In this document: positions 46,531 to 55,250 of the stretch, piece by piece
How positions within the stretch are numbered: position 1 is the stretch's first letter
How the letters are laid out: each line of letters opens with the position of its first letter
Virus record (IMG/VR): IMGVR_UViG_3300038465_000055
Span: 10,738 to 74,737 of that record
DNA length: 64,000 bases
Strand: one strand, 5' to 3'
Source: a virus
Made by a program: the position numbers and the translations under genes
Notes under the pieces: model-generated
Seen by the model: the letters and a program-made list of their open reading frames with translations, nothing else
Databases searched by the model: none
What the model was told of the DNA's origin: nothing

Positions 46531-47937
46531 TCACTGGCCTTCGGAGTTTCCGAGGGCGATGGCGAGTCCGTAGCAATATGCGTCCAGAAGGTCATCTGCT
46601 CGCCGACTGGCATCTTTGTCACCGATTCTAAAGCCTGTAACCTGCGTCAACAGATGGTTGCGCGTCTCGCGCTTGAAAGTAACGGTCTTGTCATAGGCTA
46701 GTTGGCTGGTTTTTACAAGGCCGCGATAATGATAACTTGAGACCGAAATGGCTCTTTCGTCCTTACCGGCCGCCGTCAGGGTTGATTCGATCTCGTTGAC
46801 GTTCCAGCCACGATTGCGGCCCTGCTGCAGCAGGATAGAACCGGAACCTTTATCCTCGATCCATGCGCCAACGCTGCCCTGCCGGGCGCCGCATTCCTTC
46901 GCATAGTGCTCCAGCATGTCGAACACCACAGGCATCCAGAGCTCTAGTGTGGCGCCCTCAACCTGAATGATGTCCCAATCGAGAACGGTCAGAGGATGCT
47001 GCGCTGTGCTATTGAGCGCGAAATAGATCACCGCCGTGCCATCGTGCTCGGCGCCATCCTTGACGGCGGTGTCGATCACAGCGAACACGGTATCGCACGG
47101 CTTGACGCCAGCGATCGGCTTACCTTCCACCATCCACTTCGCTGGATCAAAGAACGCCTTGCCTGCCCAATCGACGAACTCGGCCTCGTACTCTTGCGCA
47201 TAAACCAGAGGATCGTTGTCGCGCCGCAGGTCCTCAAGATACGTCGTGCGATTGAGAATCCATTGCATTCGGCTTTCGCCCGGCATCCGCTTGGGCAACC
47301 GATCGTTGTCGACCGTCTTGGCGTGATACTCAATGAAGCTGTACTGCGGATCGGTGCAGATCTTGTAAAAGAAATTGTCTGGATTCTTGCCGGCGCTATT
47401 CGAGCAGACCAGCGCTTCACCGCGGAAGTCGAACAGCGTTGGCTTGATCGACTTTTCCCAGATGTCCATCATCGAACCATCGGTGGTGTTGTCACCATCC
47501 TTTGCGAACGCTGCCTCGTCGATCACGATGCGCTGATAGCGGCGCGATCGCCCGGCCATGTGATTTTCCAATGTCCAGAAGTCTAGGCGCCCGCCGCTCC
47601 ATGATCTCATGACCGCTGCGCCCTTGCTGCCACCGTCGACGATCGGCGCAAATGCTCCGCGCATTTCTGTGTAGGCCTCCGACCACGTCTTATGCTGCGG
47701 AGCGAACCAGCCGCACTCCATGCCGTTGGCGAGCCCGTCACCGATCCACAGCTTTGCATAGTCGGTCTTGCCCCAGCGCCGGCCGCAACGCAGCGCTTTG
47801 AAGCGATGCCCCGCCAGCGCGTGCCATGCCGCAGACTGCCCCTTATGCAGTGTCGGGAGCGACAGCCTAACTTGGATCTCTTTGTCGCCGGGATGCCTGT
47901 GCTCGCGCTCGTCGTCCAGAATTACAACGTCGCCCAT
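46531..47937 (-). CDS. terL: Terminase large subunit
   Basis: CGRRWGKT Walker A, IVIDEAA Walker B, QEYEAEF, nuclease DTA...DDLLDA. Confidence 0.95.
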   Translation of the reverse strand: MGDVVILDDEREHRHPGDKEIQVRLSLPTLHKGQSAAWHALAGHRFKALRCGRRWGKTDYAKLWIGDGLANGMECGWFAPQHKTWSEAYTEMRGAFAPIVDGGSKGAAVMRSWSGGRLDFWTLENHMAGRSRRYQRIVIDEAAFAKDGDNTTDGSMMDIWEKSIKPTLFDFRGEALVCSNSAGKNPDNFFYKICTDPQYSFIEYHAKTVDNDRLPKRMPGESRMQWILNRTTYLEDLRRDNDPLVYAQEYEAEFVDWAGKAFFDPAKWMVEGKPIAGVKPCDTVFAVIDTAVKDGAEHDGTAVIYFALNSTAQHPLTVLDWDIIQVEGATLELWMPVVFDMLEHYAKECGARQGSVGAWIEDKGSGSILLQQGRNRGWNVNEIESTLTAAGKDERAISVSSYHYRGLVKTSQLAYDKTVTFKRETRNHLLTQVTGFRIGDKDASRRADDLLDAYCYGLAIALGNSEGQ

Positions 47938-48188
47938 GGGAATACTCCTCTAGCCACGGCATCATTTCTATAAAAATGGCGAAGCTTCTGTTCCATCCTA
48001 AACCGCGCGCCGTGCTTCACCCCGGCAGCATTGAACAGTCTGCTCAAGATCACGCGATGCCGATCGGTGTGTTTGCTGATCTCACGCAACGTGGCGCCGT
48101 CCATATAGAGCTGGATCGCTTCGGCGCGCTGCTCGTCGGTCATGTGCCGGCGCCCCGTCGTAAGCTTGGCGATCTTCCTCCGCTTCAT
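47922..48188 (-). CDS. Helix-turn-helix protein
   Basis: AIQLYMDGATLREISKHTDRHRVILSRLF. Confidence 0.65.
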   Translation of the reverse strand: MKRRKIAKLTTGRRHMTDEQRAEAIQLYMDGATLREISKHTDRHRVILSRLFNAAGVKHGARFRMEQKLRHFYRNDAVARGVFPWATL

Positions 48189-48421
48189 TTGCCAGAGCAC
48201 TCCGGACAGAGCCAGATGCGACCTTGCGGCCCGTTGCGCTCAAGCCAGCCGGCAAGCATCGCTAGGTTGTGGGCCCCTATGTAACCGTTTGGATCGGAAA
48301 AGATCTTGTGCCCATGGCAGAACATCTTCGAGCGATCGTCGCAATCCAGCTCCACTTGTATCGGAAGCCGGCCAGCTCGATCGGGGGCCAAGGGCATACT
48401 ATGCGTGATCGAGATGCCCAC
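48185..48421 (-). CDS. Small Zn-ribbon protein
   Basis: LDCD...C...AGW...WLCPEC. Confidence 0.65.
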   Translation of the reverse strand: MGISITHSMPLAPDRAGRLPIQVELDCDDRSKMFCHGHKIFSDPNGYIGAHNLAMLAGWLERNGPQGRIWLCPECSGK

Positions 48422-48429
48422 GGGAGCGC

Positions 48430-48531
48430 TTACCTAAACCAAAGCCATGTGCCCAGCCCGATCCCTATTGCCACGGCAAAGGCAGAGAGCACAAAACCAA
48501 TAAGAAATCCCTCCAAAGCAGCACGGTCCAT
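48430..48531 (-). CDS. 33-aa single-TM peptide (not in ORF track)
   Basis: MDRAALEGFLIGFVLSAFAVAIGIGLGTWLWFR; coupled to the upstream stop. Confidence 0.5.
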   Translation of the reverse strand: MDRAALEGFLIGFVLSAFAVAIGIGLGTWLWFR

Positions 48532-48713
48532 CACTTCTTGTCCCATGGTGTTGGCGGTAGCGTGACAGGCTTCGGAGCGAATCCGCCTCGGCGTTTGTCA
48601 ATTGTGTATCTCGTACCTGTCCTAGACGACGCCTGCCGCATGATCATAAGCTTTTGCTGCTCTCTGGCGGTAAGCGGTGGATCGCCTTTCTTCTGGATCG
48701 TCATCGTGGCCAC
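48531..48713 (-). CDS. Small hypothetical protein
   Basis: ORF in operon; KPVTLP motif. Confidence 0.55.
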   Translation of the reverse strand: MATMTIQKKGDPPLTAREQQKLMIMRQASSRTGTRYTIDKRRGGFAPKPVTLPPTPWDKK

Positions 48714-48744
48714 CGCCTTGATACCATGCCGGGCTTGAACGCCT

Positions 48745-48885
48745 TCAACAGATCGACCATGGCAGATCTCCCATCTTCATCGCTGAAATAGAGCACAGCC
48801 GCGTCGACCCCGGCTTAAAGTGATTGACAAAAATACGTTCGATGAGAGCAGTGTATCGGTTCTCGACAGTCTCTCCCTTAGCCAT
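48745..48885 (-). pseudogene. Probable truncated restriction-endonuclease N-terminus
   Basis: ATG overlaps the MTase end; MAKGETVENRYTALIERIFVNHFKPG then stops at 46 aa; similarity to REase starts recalled, not searched. Confidence 0.5.
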
Positions 48886-50209
48886 GGAGTTCTCCCAAGG
48901 CATGCAGGCGAGCCGCTTCCGTCTCTTGCTGAGTTCGCTTGCGAGCACCACTCTTCCGATCTCGCCTTCCGTTCGGAGCAGCCACTCCGAAGTAGCTCGC
49001 CGCTTGCGACATCTCGATAGAAAGTAGAGCTACGTCCCCGAGCTCGACCGCCTTTCTAGGGCGGCTCGGCCTGTAGCCAAGTCCCCTAACTATTTCGCTC
49101 GCAATTGCCCGAGCTAAAGCGGGAGGGACGGCGTTGCCGATCTGTCGCGCTCCATGCCACTTGGTCGAATGCAGTCGAAACCAATCGGGAAAGCCGTGCA
49201 GTCGCGCCATCTCACGCACAGTGATGCAGCGCGGGTATTTGTAGTGTATCGGTCGCGGGCTTGTAAAAGCACCTCGGGCTCCGTCAGTGCCGGCCCTAAG
49301 CGTGTTCGAGAGACCTTTTGCCGGCAGACGGAAGAACCTGGAAATCGGTTCTACCGAACCCGGCTCGGTGCGGTCGAACCTCTGTTGGGAAATCACCGAG
49401 TGTCCGGTTCGCCAAGACGAGGTCAAAACGGACGGGTCCCAGTTTCTCACGTATCCATAGTGCCATGCATCGTTCGTTAGGCACCGCAATTCTCTGGCGT
49501 AGGTTGATGGCTTATTCCACTTTGTGGGTCGCATGCTATCGCCCCGCTCTAGCGCCGCGTATTTATCGGCGTTCGGTAAATCACCAAGAGCGTCGGCGCA
49601 TGTCGGGCCATGTGGCAAATCCAGCGCGGGTTCGTCGGCGGCACTTGTCGTTCGCCGAGGGTACTCGGGCAGCCGCACGCCTTTCTTAGCACCGACCAAA
49701 ATCAAGCGTTCACGATGTTGCGGAACGCCGAAGTGCGCAGCGTCAAACACCTGCCACGGCAGCCGGACAACATAGCCGGCTTCTGCAAACGCAGCGACAA
49801 GCTCGTCCAAGAAGGCGCGGTGCCGCCCGACCGTCAGGCCCTTTACGTTCTCGAAGACAAATGTCTGAGCGCGCAATTCGCGCACGAGCCGCACAAATTC
49901 CAGAACAAGCGAATTGCGCGGATCATCAAGGACGCGATGACCGATCAACGAGAAGCCCTGACATGGAGGTCCACCGAACACGCAATCAACTTGCTGATTG
50001 CCAATTCCGGCGGCCCGCCTGATCTCCGCGCCGGTAATCTCCGCAACGCTTTTTGGGATAACTGCGCAATTCGGAAAATTGAATTTGTGAACAGCACAAT
50101 GGATCGGCTCGATCTCCACCGAGGCGACTACGTCAAACCCCGCCTGCTCGAACCCAAGCGACATTCCCCCAGCGCCCGAAAACAGGTCAATTCCAATAGG
50201 CCGCGCCAT
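48878..50209 (-). CDS. DNA (cytosine-5) methyltransferase
   Basis: DLFSGAGG, GGPPCQGFS, FENVKG, PQHRER, TVREMARLHGF, IGNAVPP. Confidence 0.97.
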   Translation of the reverse strand: MARPIGIDLFSGAGGMSLGFEQAGFDVVASVEIEPIHCAVHKFNFPNCAVIPKSVAEITGAEIRRAAGIGNQQVDCVFGGPPCQGFSLIGHRVLDDPRNSLVLEFVRLVRELRAQTFVFENVKGLTVGRHRAFLDELVAAFAEAGYVVRLPWQVFDAAHFGVPQHRERLILVGAKKGVRLPEYPRRTTSAADEPALDLPHGPTCADALGDLPNADKYAALERGDSMRPTKWNKPSTYARELRCLTNDAWHYGYVRNWDPSVLTSSWRTGHSVISQQRFDRTEPGSVEPISRFFRLPAKGLSNTLRAGTDGARGAFTSPRPIHYKYPRCITVREMARLHGFPDWFRLHSTKWHGARQIGNAVPPALARAIASEIVRGLGYRPSRPRKAVELGDVALLSIEMSQAASYFGVAAPNGRRDRKSGARKRTQQETEAARLHALGELHG

Positions 50210-50337
50210 CGTCACCCCAAATCGATTCGCTATCGACATTAACGGCAACGCCACTCTATTGCTTTGGACATCGTACGTTGATCACAAGAAATCTTTCATG
50301 CTTATCCGGTTTGGACATACGGCCCTAGATGTTGTGG

Positions 50338-50562
50338 TCATGTGTCGTCATCTTCTGCGTAGGCTCCGGGCTTGCAGGTTTCCCATCCGCCGTCGTGATG
50401 GTCGGTGTGGCAGGTTTCGCACCATGTCCGATTGCCTTCACAGACCGGACATTGATGAACGTTCCTGCGGTTGCCTTCCCCGAGCGCCGCGATATCAGCG
50501 TCGCCACGCAACAGATTCTGGCAGGGCTGCGTCCCGACCGTGTAGCGGTGCTGCGGTTTCAT
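50338..50562 (-). CDS. Small Cys-rich protein
   Basis: CPVC...WCETC...CKPG. Confidence 0.55.
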   Translation of the reverse strand: MKPQHRYTVGTQPCQNLLRGDADIAALGEGNRRNVHQCPVCEGNRTWCETCHTDHHDGGWETCKPGAYAEDDDT

Positions 50563-50813
50563 GCCATCCTCGCATCCGGGTCATAATCGTCTGGCGGGGT
50601 CAATTGGTGCATCAATCTGACCAGGGCGGCATTCGCTTTTGGCCCAAACGCCCCGTGATCGACCGGAAACGCCTCAGATACGCGGCTGAATATCTCTTCG
50701 CCAACTTCTTGATGCACGAGATCAAGCAGGCTTCCAAAGGCTTCTACGGCGTCGGCTAAATCGCCAACCAAATCCGCCGCGATTTGCAGGCGGATAGATT
50801 TCTGAGCGCTCAT
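50559..50813 (-). CDS. Hypothetical protein
   Basis: AGGAGG RBS; coupled to the next gene. Confidence 0.65.
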   Translation of the reverse strand: MSAQKSIRLQIAADLVGDLADAVEAFGSLLDLVHQEVGEEIFSRVSEAFPVDHGAFGPKANAALVRLMHQLTPPDDYDPDARMA

Positions 50814-50893
50814 TGCGGCCTCCTAGATATAGTGGGTTTCAGCGTTTGTGTGCGGCAACCGGATAAGCATGCAAAAGTATTCTACGCTCATGG

Positions 50894-51025
50894 CTACCAC
50901 CACTTGATCAGGAAATGGACGACGATGACGGCAGCGCCGCCCCACACCATCGTCCAGAAGGCAGCGTAGACGCCGATTATCAGGAACGCAGCCCACGGCA
51001 CTGGCGCCTTTTTAGGCTCGCTCAT
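50894..51025 (-). CDS. Small membrane protein
   Basis: MSEPKKAPVPWAAFLIIG...HFLIKWW; ATGA coupling. Confidence 0.6.
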   Translation of the reverse strand: MSEPKKAPVPWAAFLIIGVYAAFWTMVWGGAAVIVVHFLIKWW

Positions 51026-51228
51026 CGTCTGCCCTTCGCAAAATCTTCGGTGCATGACGGGCAAGCGTGCGCCCATTGTTTGTCTGGGCCTTTGTAGACG
51101 CGCCAGCCATTTTGTTTTGCAGCGGCCAGCGCCGCAGTGAAATCCACATGCTCAGTGTCGAAAGATTCAGGACACTCGTCGCAATGAACCACAAAGGCTT
51201 GCGCGCCGGAATCGAGCTGCATCGTCAT
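51022..51228 (-). CDS. Small Zn-ribbon protein
   Basis: HCDEC...NGW...HACPSC; same architecture as 48185-48421. Confidence 0.7.
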   Translation of the reverse strand: MTMQLDSGAQAFVVHCDECPESFDTEHVDFTAALAAAKQNGWRVYKGPDKQWAHACPSCTEDFAKGRR

Positions 51229-51455
51229 GACAGCTTCTCCAATAGCTGCTCGGCCTTGTACTTTACCTTATTGAGCGCGCCATGATCAAACGGCTTGTTA
51301 TCGGTGGCGCACAATACGCGCCCCACTGGCAGCGCCGCGACGAACTCGCGCAACAGATCCTCGGCGTTCTCCGCGCGCACGCACAGATCATATGCATCCT
51401 TGGCGAGATCAGCAGCTCGCTTGTAGAGTCCCAATAGCCGATCGGTGTCGTTCAT
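51225..51455 (-). CDS. Hypothetical protein
   Basis: ATGA-coupled at both ends. Confidence 0.6.
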   Translation of the reverse strand: MNDTDRLLGLYKRAADLAKDAYDLCVRAENAEDLLREFVAALPVGRVLCATDNKPFDHGALNKVKYKAEQLLEKLS

Positions 51456-51913
51456 AGCGTGCCTTTCTTCCTGCGCCGGTACCACGTGCGCCGCGATATC
51501 CTCGGCCGCATCTTCTTCCATGGCTTTGTCTGCTCGATCGTGCTGGCCGAGTCCTCAAGGCGAGGGCGGCCGGGCTTGTGCTTAACAAGCGTTGCTTCCA
51601 CATCCTTAAGATCGTCGCTGGATGGCGGTCGCCAAGCAGGCGCACTGGCGTAAGATCCAACAGCTTCGGGTGGCACGCACCGATGCGTGCGCCCGACGAG
51701 CGCGAGGTTGGCGCCACATGCCGGGCAGTTGTCAGTCATCATCGTCGTCTTTCGGCACAGTATTGTCGCTCGGACCTGCAACATCTCTGGATTTTTCTCA
51801 ATACAAACGGGGAAGCCGAGAGCGTCCATAATCAATCCGCGCAAATCCTCGGCAGCTCTGAGATCGTCACGCTCGAAATCAGTTTCCATTTCCACGACGA
51901 ACGCTCGCTTCAT
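51452..51913 (-). CDS. Zn-knuckle/AT-hook DNA-binding protein, copy 1 (possible internal start at 51739)
   Basis: CPACGAN...HRC...PGRPR...KPW...SRRTWYRRR. Confidence 0.65.
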   Translation of the reverse strand: MKRAFVVEMETDFERDDLRAAEDLRGLIMDALGFPVCIEKNPEMLQVRATILCRKTTMMTDNCPACGANLALVGRTHRCVPPEAVGSYASAPAWRPPSSDDLKDVEATLVKHKPGRPRLEDSASTIEQTKPWKKMRPRISRRTWYRRRKKGTL

Positions 51914-52194
51914 TTGCGGGACGCCTTTTCCTCTGCCTTACGACGACGCCATGTCCTTTCTGACATACCGAGAGCAACCCACGGTTCGTGCTTGGGCGAC
52001 TTTGGATCACCAATGCGAGGGCGACCACGCTTCGGATTGATTGCACCGGGGGGCGAAGGTCTCGTCGTGACCTGCGAAGGCCCTTGGTTCCTACCGCCCT
52101 TGCGCACCATGCCCTCAGTCAACGGTGGGATACACCGATGGCTGATGCCGACCATATCGATGTTAGCGCCGCATTTGGGACAGGGATTTGCCAT
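51910..52194 (-). CDS. Zn-knuckle/AT-hook DNA-binding protein, copy 2
   Basis: CPKCGAN...HRC...RGRPR...EPW...SERTWRRR. Confidence 0.65.
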   Translation of the reverse strand: MANPCPKCGANIDMVGISHRCIPPLTEGMVRKGGRNQGPSQVTTRPSPPGAINPKRGRPRIGDPKSPKHEPWVALGMSERTWRRRKAEEKASRK

Positions 52195-52238
52195 GACCGG
52201 ATTTATGGCAGAATTTATGGCAGTGCGCAAGGCCGGCG

Positions 52239-52868
52239 CTATTTACGCGGTTCCTCTGGCGGGACTTCGTCATAGTCGTCGCCCTCAGGCTTCTCAGGCG
52301 TCGACCCCTTCGGCAGCCCGCCCTCGATAATGATGCGCCTTGTGATCGTGGGGCCGCCCGGCGAGCCATCAGCATTGGGCACGTACTCATCGCCCTTGCC
52401 CAGCACCGGCCGCGGATCGAGCGGTTCGCTGCGGAAGCCCATTAGGTTCTTCGACATAAAGAATGACGTGCCTTCGAGACCTCGCGCTAGATTTTTCATC
52501 AGAGTGCCGCTCAAGATCGCAATCACCGCAGCAACTCCGGTATCCAGCTCTTTCCTGAAATGCTTGTGCAAAGTCTCAACAGTGATGGGCCATTGCGTGT
52601 GCGGATTCATTATCGCGTTGGCGATCACCTCCTCCGATTGCTTCATCCCCTTCATCATCAGGACAATACGGCGTTGATCGTCAGTGGGCGAGAATGGCCT
52701 CTGTCCTGCCCCAGCGCGCTTGCCGCCTTTCTTTGGAGTGGGGATGCCAAGCTTATGCATCATGCGAAGCTCTTTGGCGCGCTTTCGCTTCGCTTTTAGC
52801 TTCTGAGCGGCAGTCAGCGGTTTCGCTGGCGCGTCGTCTTTTTTAATTGGGTCCGACTGATCCGGCAC
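52239..52868 (-). CDS. terS: Probable terminase small subunit
   Basis: HTH-like region PTDDQR...TVETLHKHFRKELDTG; FFMSKNLMGF; C-terminal IIIEGGLP strand. Confidence 0.65.
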   Translation of the reverse strand: MPDQSDPIKKDDAPAKPLTAAQKLKAKRKRAKELRMMHKLGIPTPKKGGKRAGAGQRPFSPTDDQRRIVLMMKGMKQSEEVIANAIMNPHTQWPITVETLHKHFRKELDTGVAAVIAILSGTLMKNLARGLEGTSFFMSKNLMGFRSEPLDPRPVLGKGDEYVPNADGSPGGPTITRRIIIEGGLPKGSTPEKPEGDDYDEVPPEEPRK

Positions 52869-52959
52869 GACGACGAGATGACCTCATAAATTGTTCTGCG
52901 CTCAGACTGCGCGGCCCGACTTATAGACCTCATTTCATTTCTGTTGTGGTTCCAGTGAT

Positions 52960-52974
52960 TTGTCAATTTGACAA
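52960..52974. promoter_or_regulatory. Palindrome of back-to-back TTGACA between divergent genes
   Basis: TTGTCAA-T-TTGACAA in an AT-rich intergenic region. Confidence 0.45.
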
Positions 52975-53017
52975 TGGGTAACAAGCAAGGCAGGCTTGGC
53001 ACAATTAAACAGGTGAT

Positions 53018-53497
53018 TTGCTTGTAGGAGGATGGCTCTTGATCTGGACGATAGGCTACCAGCGCTTGGCGCCCTCTCGCTTGCTTGAGCTGGCCGAGCG
53101 ATTGGATGCGCTGGTTATCGATGTTCGAGCTGTTCCAAAGACGCGGATCAAGGGCTATGGAACCCGCCAGCTTGAGACGCTTCTGGGGCGCCGATATCTC
53201 TGGGCAGGCAGCGTTCTAGGCGGACGTGGGCATGGTGGGAAGGTGACCGAGGAAGGGATTAAGGCCGTCGAGCGCAGCGGCAGAGACGGCAACGTCATCC
53301 TGATGTGCGTCTGCCATGTGCCGGGCGATTGCCACCGTCATCAGGATATCTGCGCACCGCATTTCCCCAAGGCCGTCCATCTGTTCGAGGACGAGGCGAT
53401 CGAGGCTGGCGAATTGGAACGATCGATTCGCGAAGGTGGCGATTATATGTGCGAGGAGCTGGACGACACTATTGCGGCAGCTTCGTCGGGCTCATGA
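53018..53497 (+). CDS. DUF488-like protein
   Basis: IWTIGY...IDVR..P...LGG...LMC...CHRH. Confidence 0.8.
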   Translation: MLVGGWLLIWTIGYQRLAPSRLLELAERLDALVIDVRAVPKTRIKGYGTRQLETLLGRRYLWAGSVLGGRGHGGKVTEEGIKAVERSGRDGNVILMCVCHVPGDCHRHQDICAPHFPKAVHLFEDEAIEAGELERSIREGGDYMCEELDDTIAAASSGS

Positions 53498-54245
53498 GCC
53501 GATCGAACTCCTCCCCTGATTGATATCGATTGTCCTCCAGTCCGTGCTTGTTCGTGAAATGCTGGCGCGTTTCCTCGCTGCGAAACACCACGACCAGATA
53601 GAAGCTTTCGCTGTTGCGCGCGCCTTGGCCCGACTTCACGCCGTCATAGGCATCCCGCATATCGCGGACCCGCTGCGCAAACTCCTCCAGCTTGCCGTCA
53701 TCTTGAGCGAGGAACACGGAGTCTCCGAATAGTTTGAAAATGTCGGAGTGATCGAAACCTGTACCGTCAAGATCAAGTCCAGTGGTACGCAGGATATTCT
53801 GCAATCCTTCCATGTCGAAGTCACCGGCGGCCTCTTGATTGTTGAGCAATAGGTTCAATTCCTTTTCGCGAATATCGTCGACGTCAATCACCGCAATATC
53901 GAGATCATAATCATCGGTCCCGGCGATGGCGTCGAGCTGATCAATGCGCTGATGGCCACCGACCAGATTGCCAGTGCGTTTATTCCACGTCAGCGGCGCT
54001 ACTAGGCCGTGCTTCTTCAAACCTGTCCGTAGCTTTCGCTTGGCCGCTTCGCTCAAGATCCGAGGATTGTACGGCGCCGCCGTCAGCAGCCGCCTGTTCA
54101 TTCGCTCGATCTTGAACGTCTGCAAATTTGACAGCCCGCCTTCGACTGCCTCGCTTTTTTTGCTGGCCCGCTTCTTCTTCGGTGAGCCCTCGCTCGGTGC
54201 GAGGCTTTCCAGCAACGACGGCGGAGCGCTCTGCGTCTGTGCCAT
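53469..54245 (-). CDS. ParB/Srx N-terminal domain protein
   Basis: APYNPR...GLVAPLTWNKRTGNLVGGHQR...EKELNLLLN. Confidence 0.9.
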   Translation of the reverse strand: MAQTQSAPPSLLESLAPSEGSPKKKRASKKSEAVEGGLSNLQTFKIERMNRRLLTAAPYNPRILSEAAKRKLRTGLKKHGLVAPLTWNKRTGNLVGGHQRIDQLDAIAGTDDYDLDIAVIDVDDIREKELNLLLNNQEAAGDFDMEGLQNILRTTGLDLDGTGFDHSDIFKLFGDSVFLAQDDGKLEEFAQRVRDMRDAYDGVKSGQGARNSESFYLVVVFRSEETRQHFTNKHGLEDNRYQSGEEFDRLMSPTKLPQ

Positions 54246-54906
54246 AAAATTTCCTTCGCCAGATCAGCGCCTCGATATAGGGAAAATATTCTGCGATGCG
54301 CCAGAAGTCGGCCGGATGATTATCATAGATCCACATTAGCTCATGAGGCACAAGGCCAACGCCGCTTGCCGTGCCTCCAGCGGAATTATCGGGGATAGCG
54401 ATGCCACGGCCCTTGAGATACGAAAGCACGTCCCACTTGGCCCACTCCGCGAGCGGATAGACGATCCTGCCCCAATGCTGAGTCGCGTGCATGAAGCGCT
54501 TGCGCCATCCGCTATCGGCTTTCTTGGCGCCGGTGAGGATCAGTGGGATCTTGGTTTCGATCATCGCATACGAATAGATATCAGCCAGCTTGATATCCGG
54601 GACGTCGTCGCGTTGCCACCAAGGATTACAATACTGGCCCTCTTTCATCGCTGCGATCCCGCCGTAGTGCGGAAAGCGATGGATCTTGACGCTCCACCTT
54701 TTCTCTACCGCAGCGAGATCGGCATCCATGTAGGCGATCGCCGGCACCCATTCCATATAGAAACCCTCGACGTGATCAAACCAACGCTTCGCAAGGTCCA
54801 TCACAACGCGAGAGTCTTTGCCATCAGAATAAGCGACCAGCACTTTCGGAGACATTGAGCGCGCCTTTTCAAGCGCGCTCTTTGTCGATTCCAATAACTC
54901 AGACAA
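53980..54906 (-). CDS. PP-loop ATPase (PAPS-reductase-like adenine nucleotide alpha hydrolase), probable TTG start
   Basis: VAYSDGKDS PP-loop; TGAKKADS..R; YPLAEW. Confidence 0.85.
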   Translation of the reverse strand: MSELLESTKSALEKARSMSPKVLVAYSDGKDSRVVMDLAKRWFDHVEGFYMEWVPAIAYMDADLAAVEKRWSVKIHRFPHYGGIAAMKEGQYCNPWWQRDDVPDIKLADIYSYAMIETKIPLILTGAKKADSGWRKRFMHATQHWGRIVYPLAEWAKWDVLSYLKGRGIAIPDNSAGGTASGVGLVPHELMWIYDNHPADFWRIAEYFPYIEALIWRRKFYGTDAERSAVVAGKPRTERGLTEEEAGQQKKRGSRRRAVKFADVQDRANEQAAADGGAVQSSDLERSGQAKATDRFEEARPSSAADVE

Positions 54907-54911
54907 CGCTG

Positions 54912-55010
54912 CTAACCACCACCACGCGGCTTGCCGGGCTTGCCGCGCCGTCCAGCCTTCTTCGCAGCTTTCTTTGGTGCCTTCTTCGCCTTCTTGGCTT
55001 TCTTTGCCAT
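54912..55010 (-). CDS. 32-aa Lys/Ala-rich histone-H1-like peptide ending GGG (not in ORF track)
   Basis: GAGGAG RBS; MAKKAKKAKKAPKKAAKKAGRRGKPGKPRGGG. Confidence 0.8.
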   Translation of the reverse strand: MAKKAKKAKKAPKKAAKKAGRRGKPGKPRGGG

Positions 55011-55217
55011 TGTCGATTCTCCTCAACCGCATGATGCGGGCGAATCATCTGTAACCGCTCAATGATTCGCTGGCAAATTATTGGGGCGTTTGAGGCTGGT
55101 TTTTCCAGAGCTGGAATCAAGCCAAAAATGCACCGTTTTGGCTTGGACTAGCCTTGGTGTGGGGGAATAGGTTAAAAAATGGTGTATTTTCAGCCTCTTA
55201 TGGGCCAAAAAGGGCTG

Positions 55218-55247
55218 TTGACTTGTTTTTACCCTATACTCTATATT
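55218..55247 (+). promoter_or_regulatory. Sigma70-type promoter for the + strand early operon
   Basis: TTGACT-N18-TATATT, with phased A/T tracts upstream. Confidence 0.7.
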
Positions 55248-55250
55248 TGG

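Noticed and set aside
53980-54906. CysH as a sulfate-assimilation auxiliary metabolic gene
   Set aside because: Lacks the C-terminal ECGLH catalytic motif, and the context is ParB/terminase.
54907-55032. N-terminal 42 aa of the ORF-track PP-loop protein
   Set aside because: Better explained as an off-frame reading of the 32-aa Lys-rich ORF, which has its own RBS.
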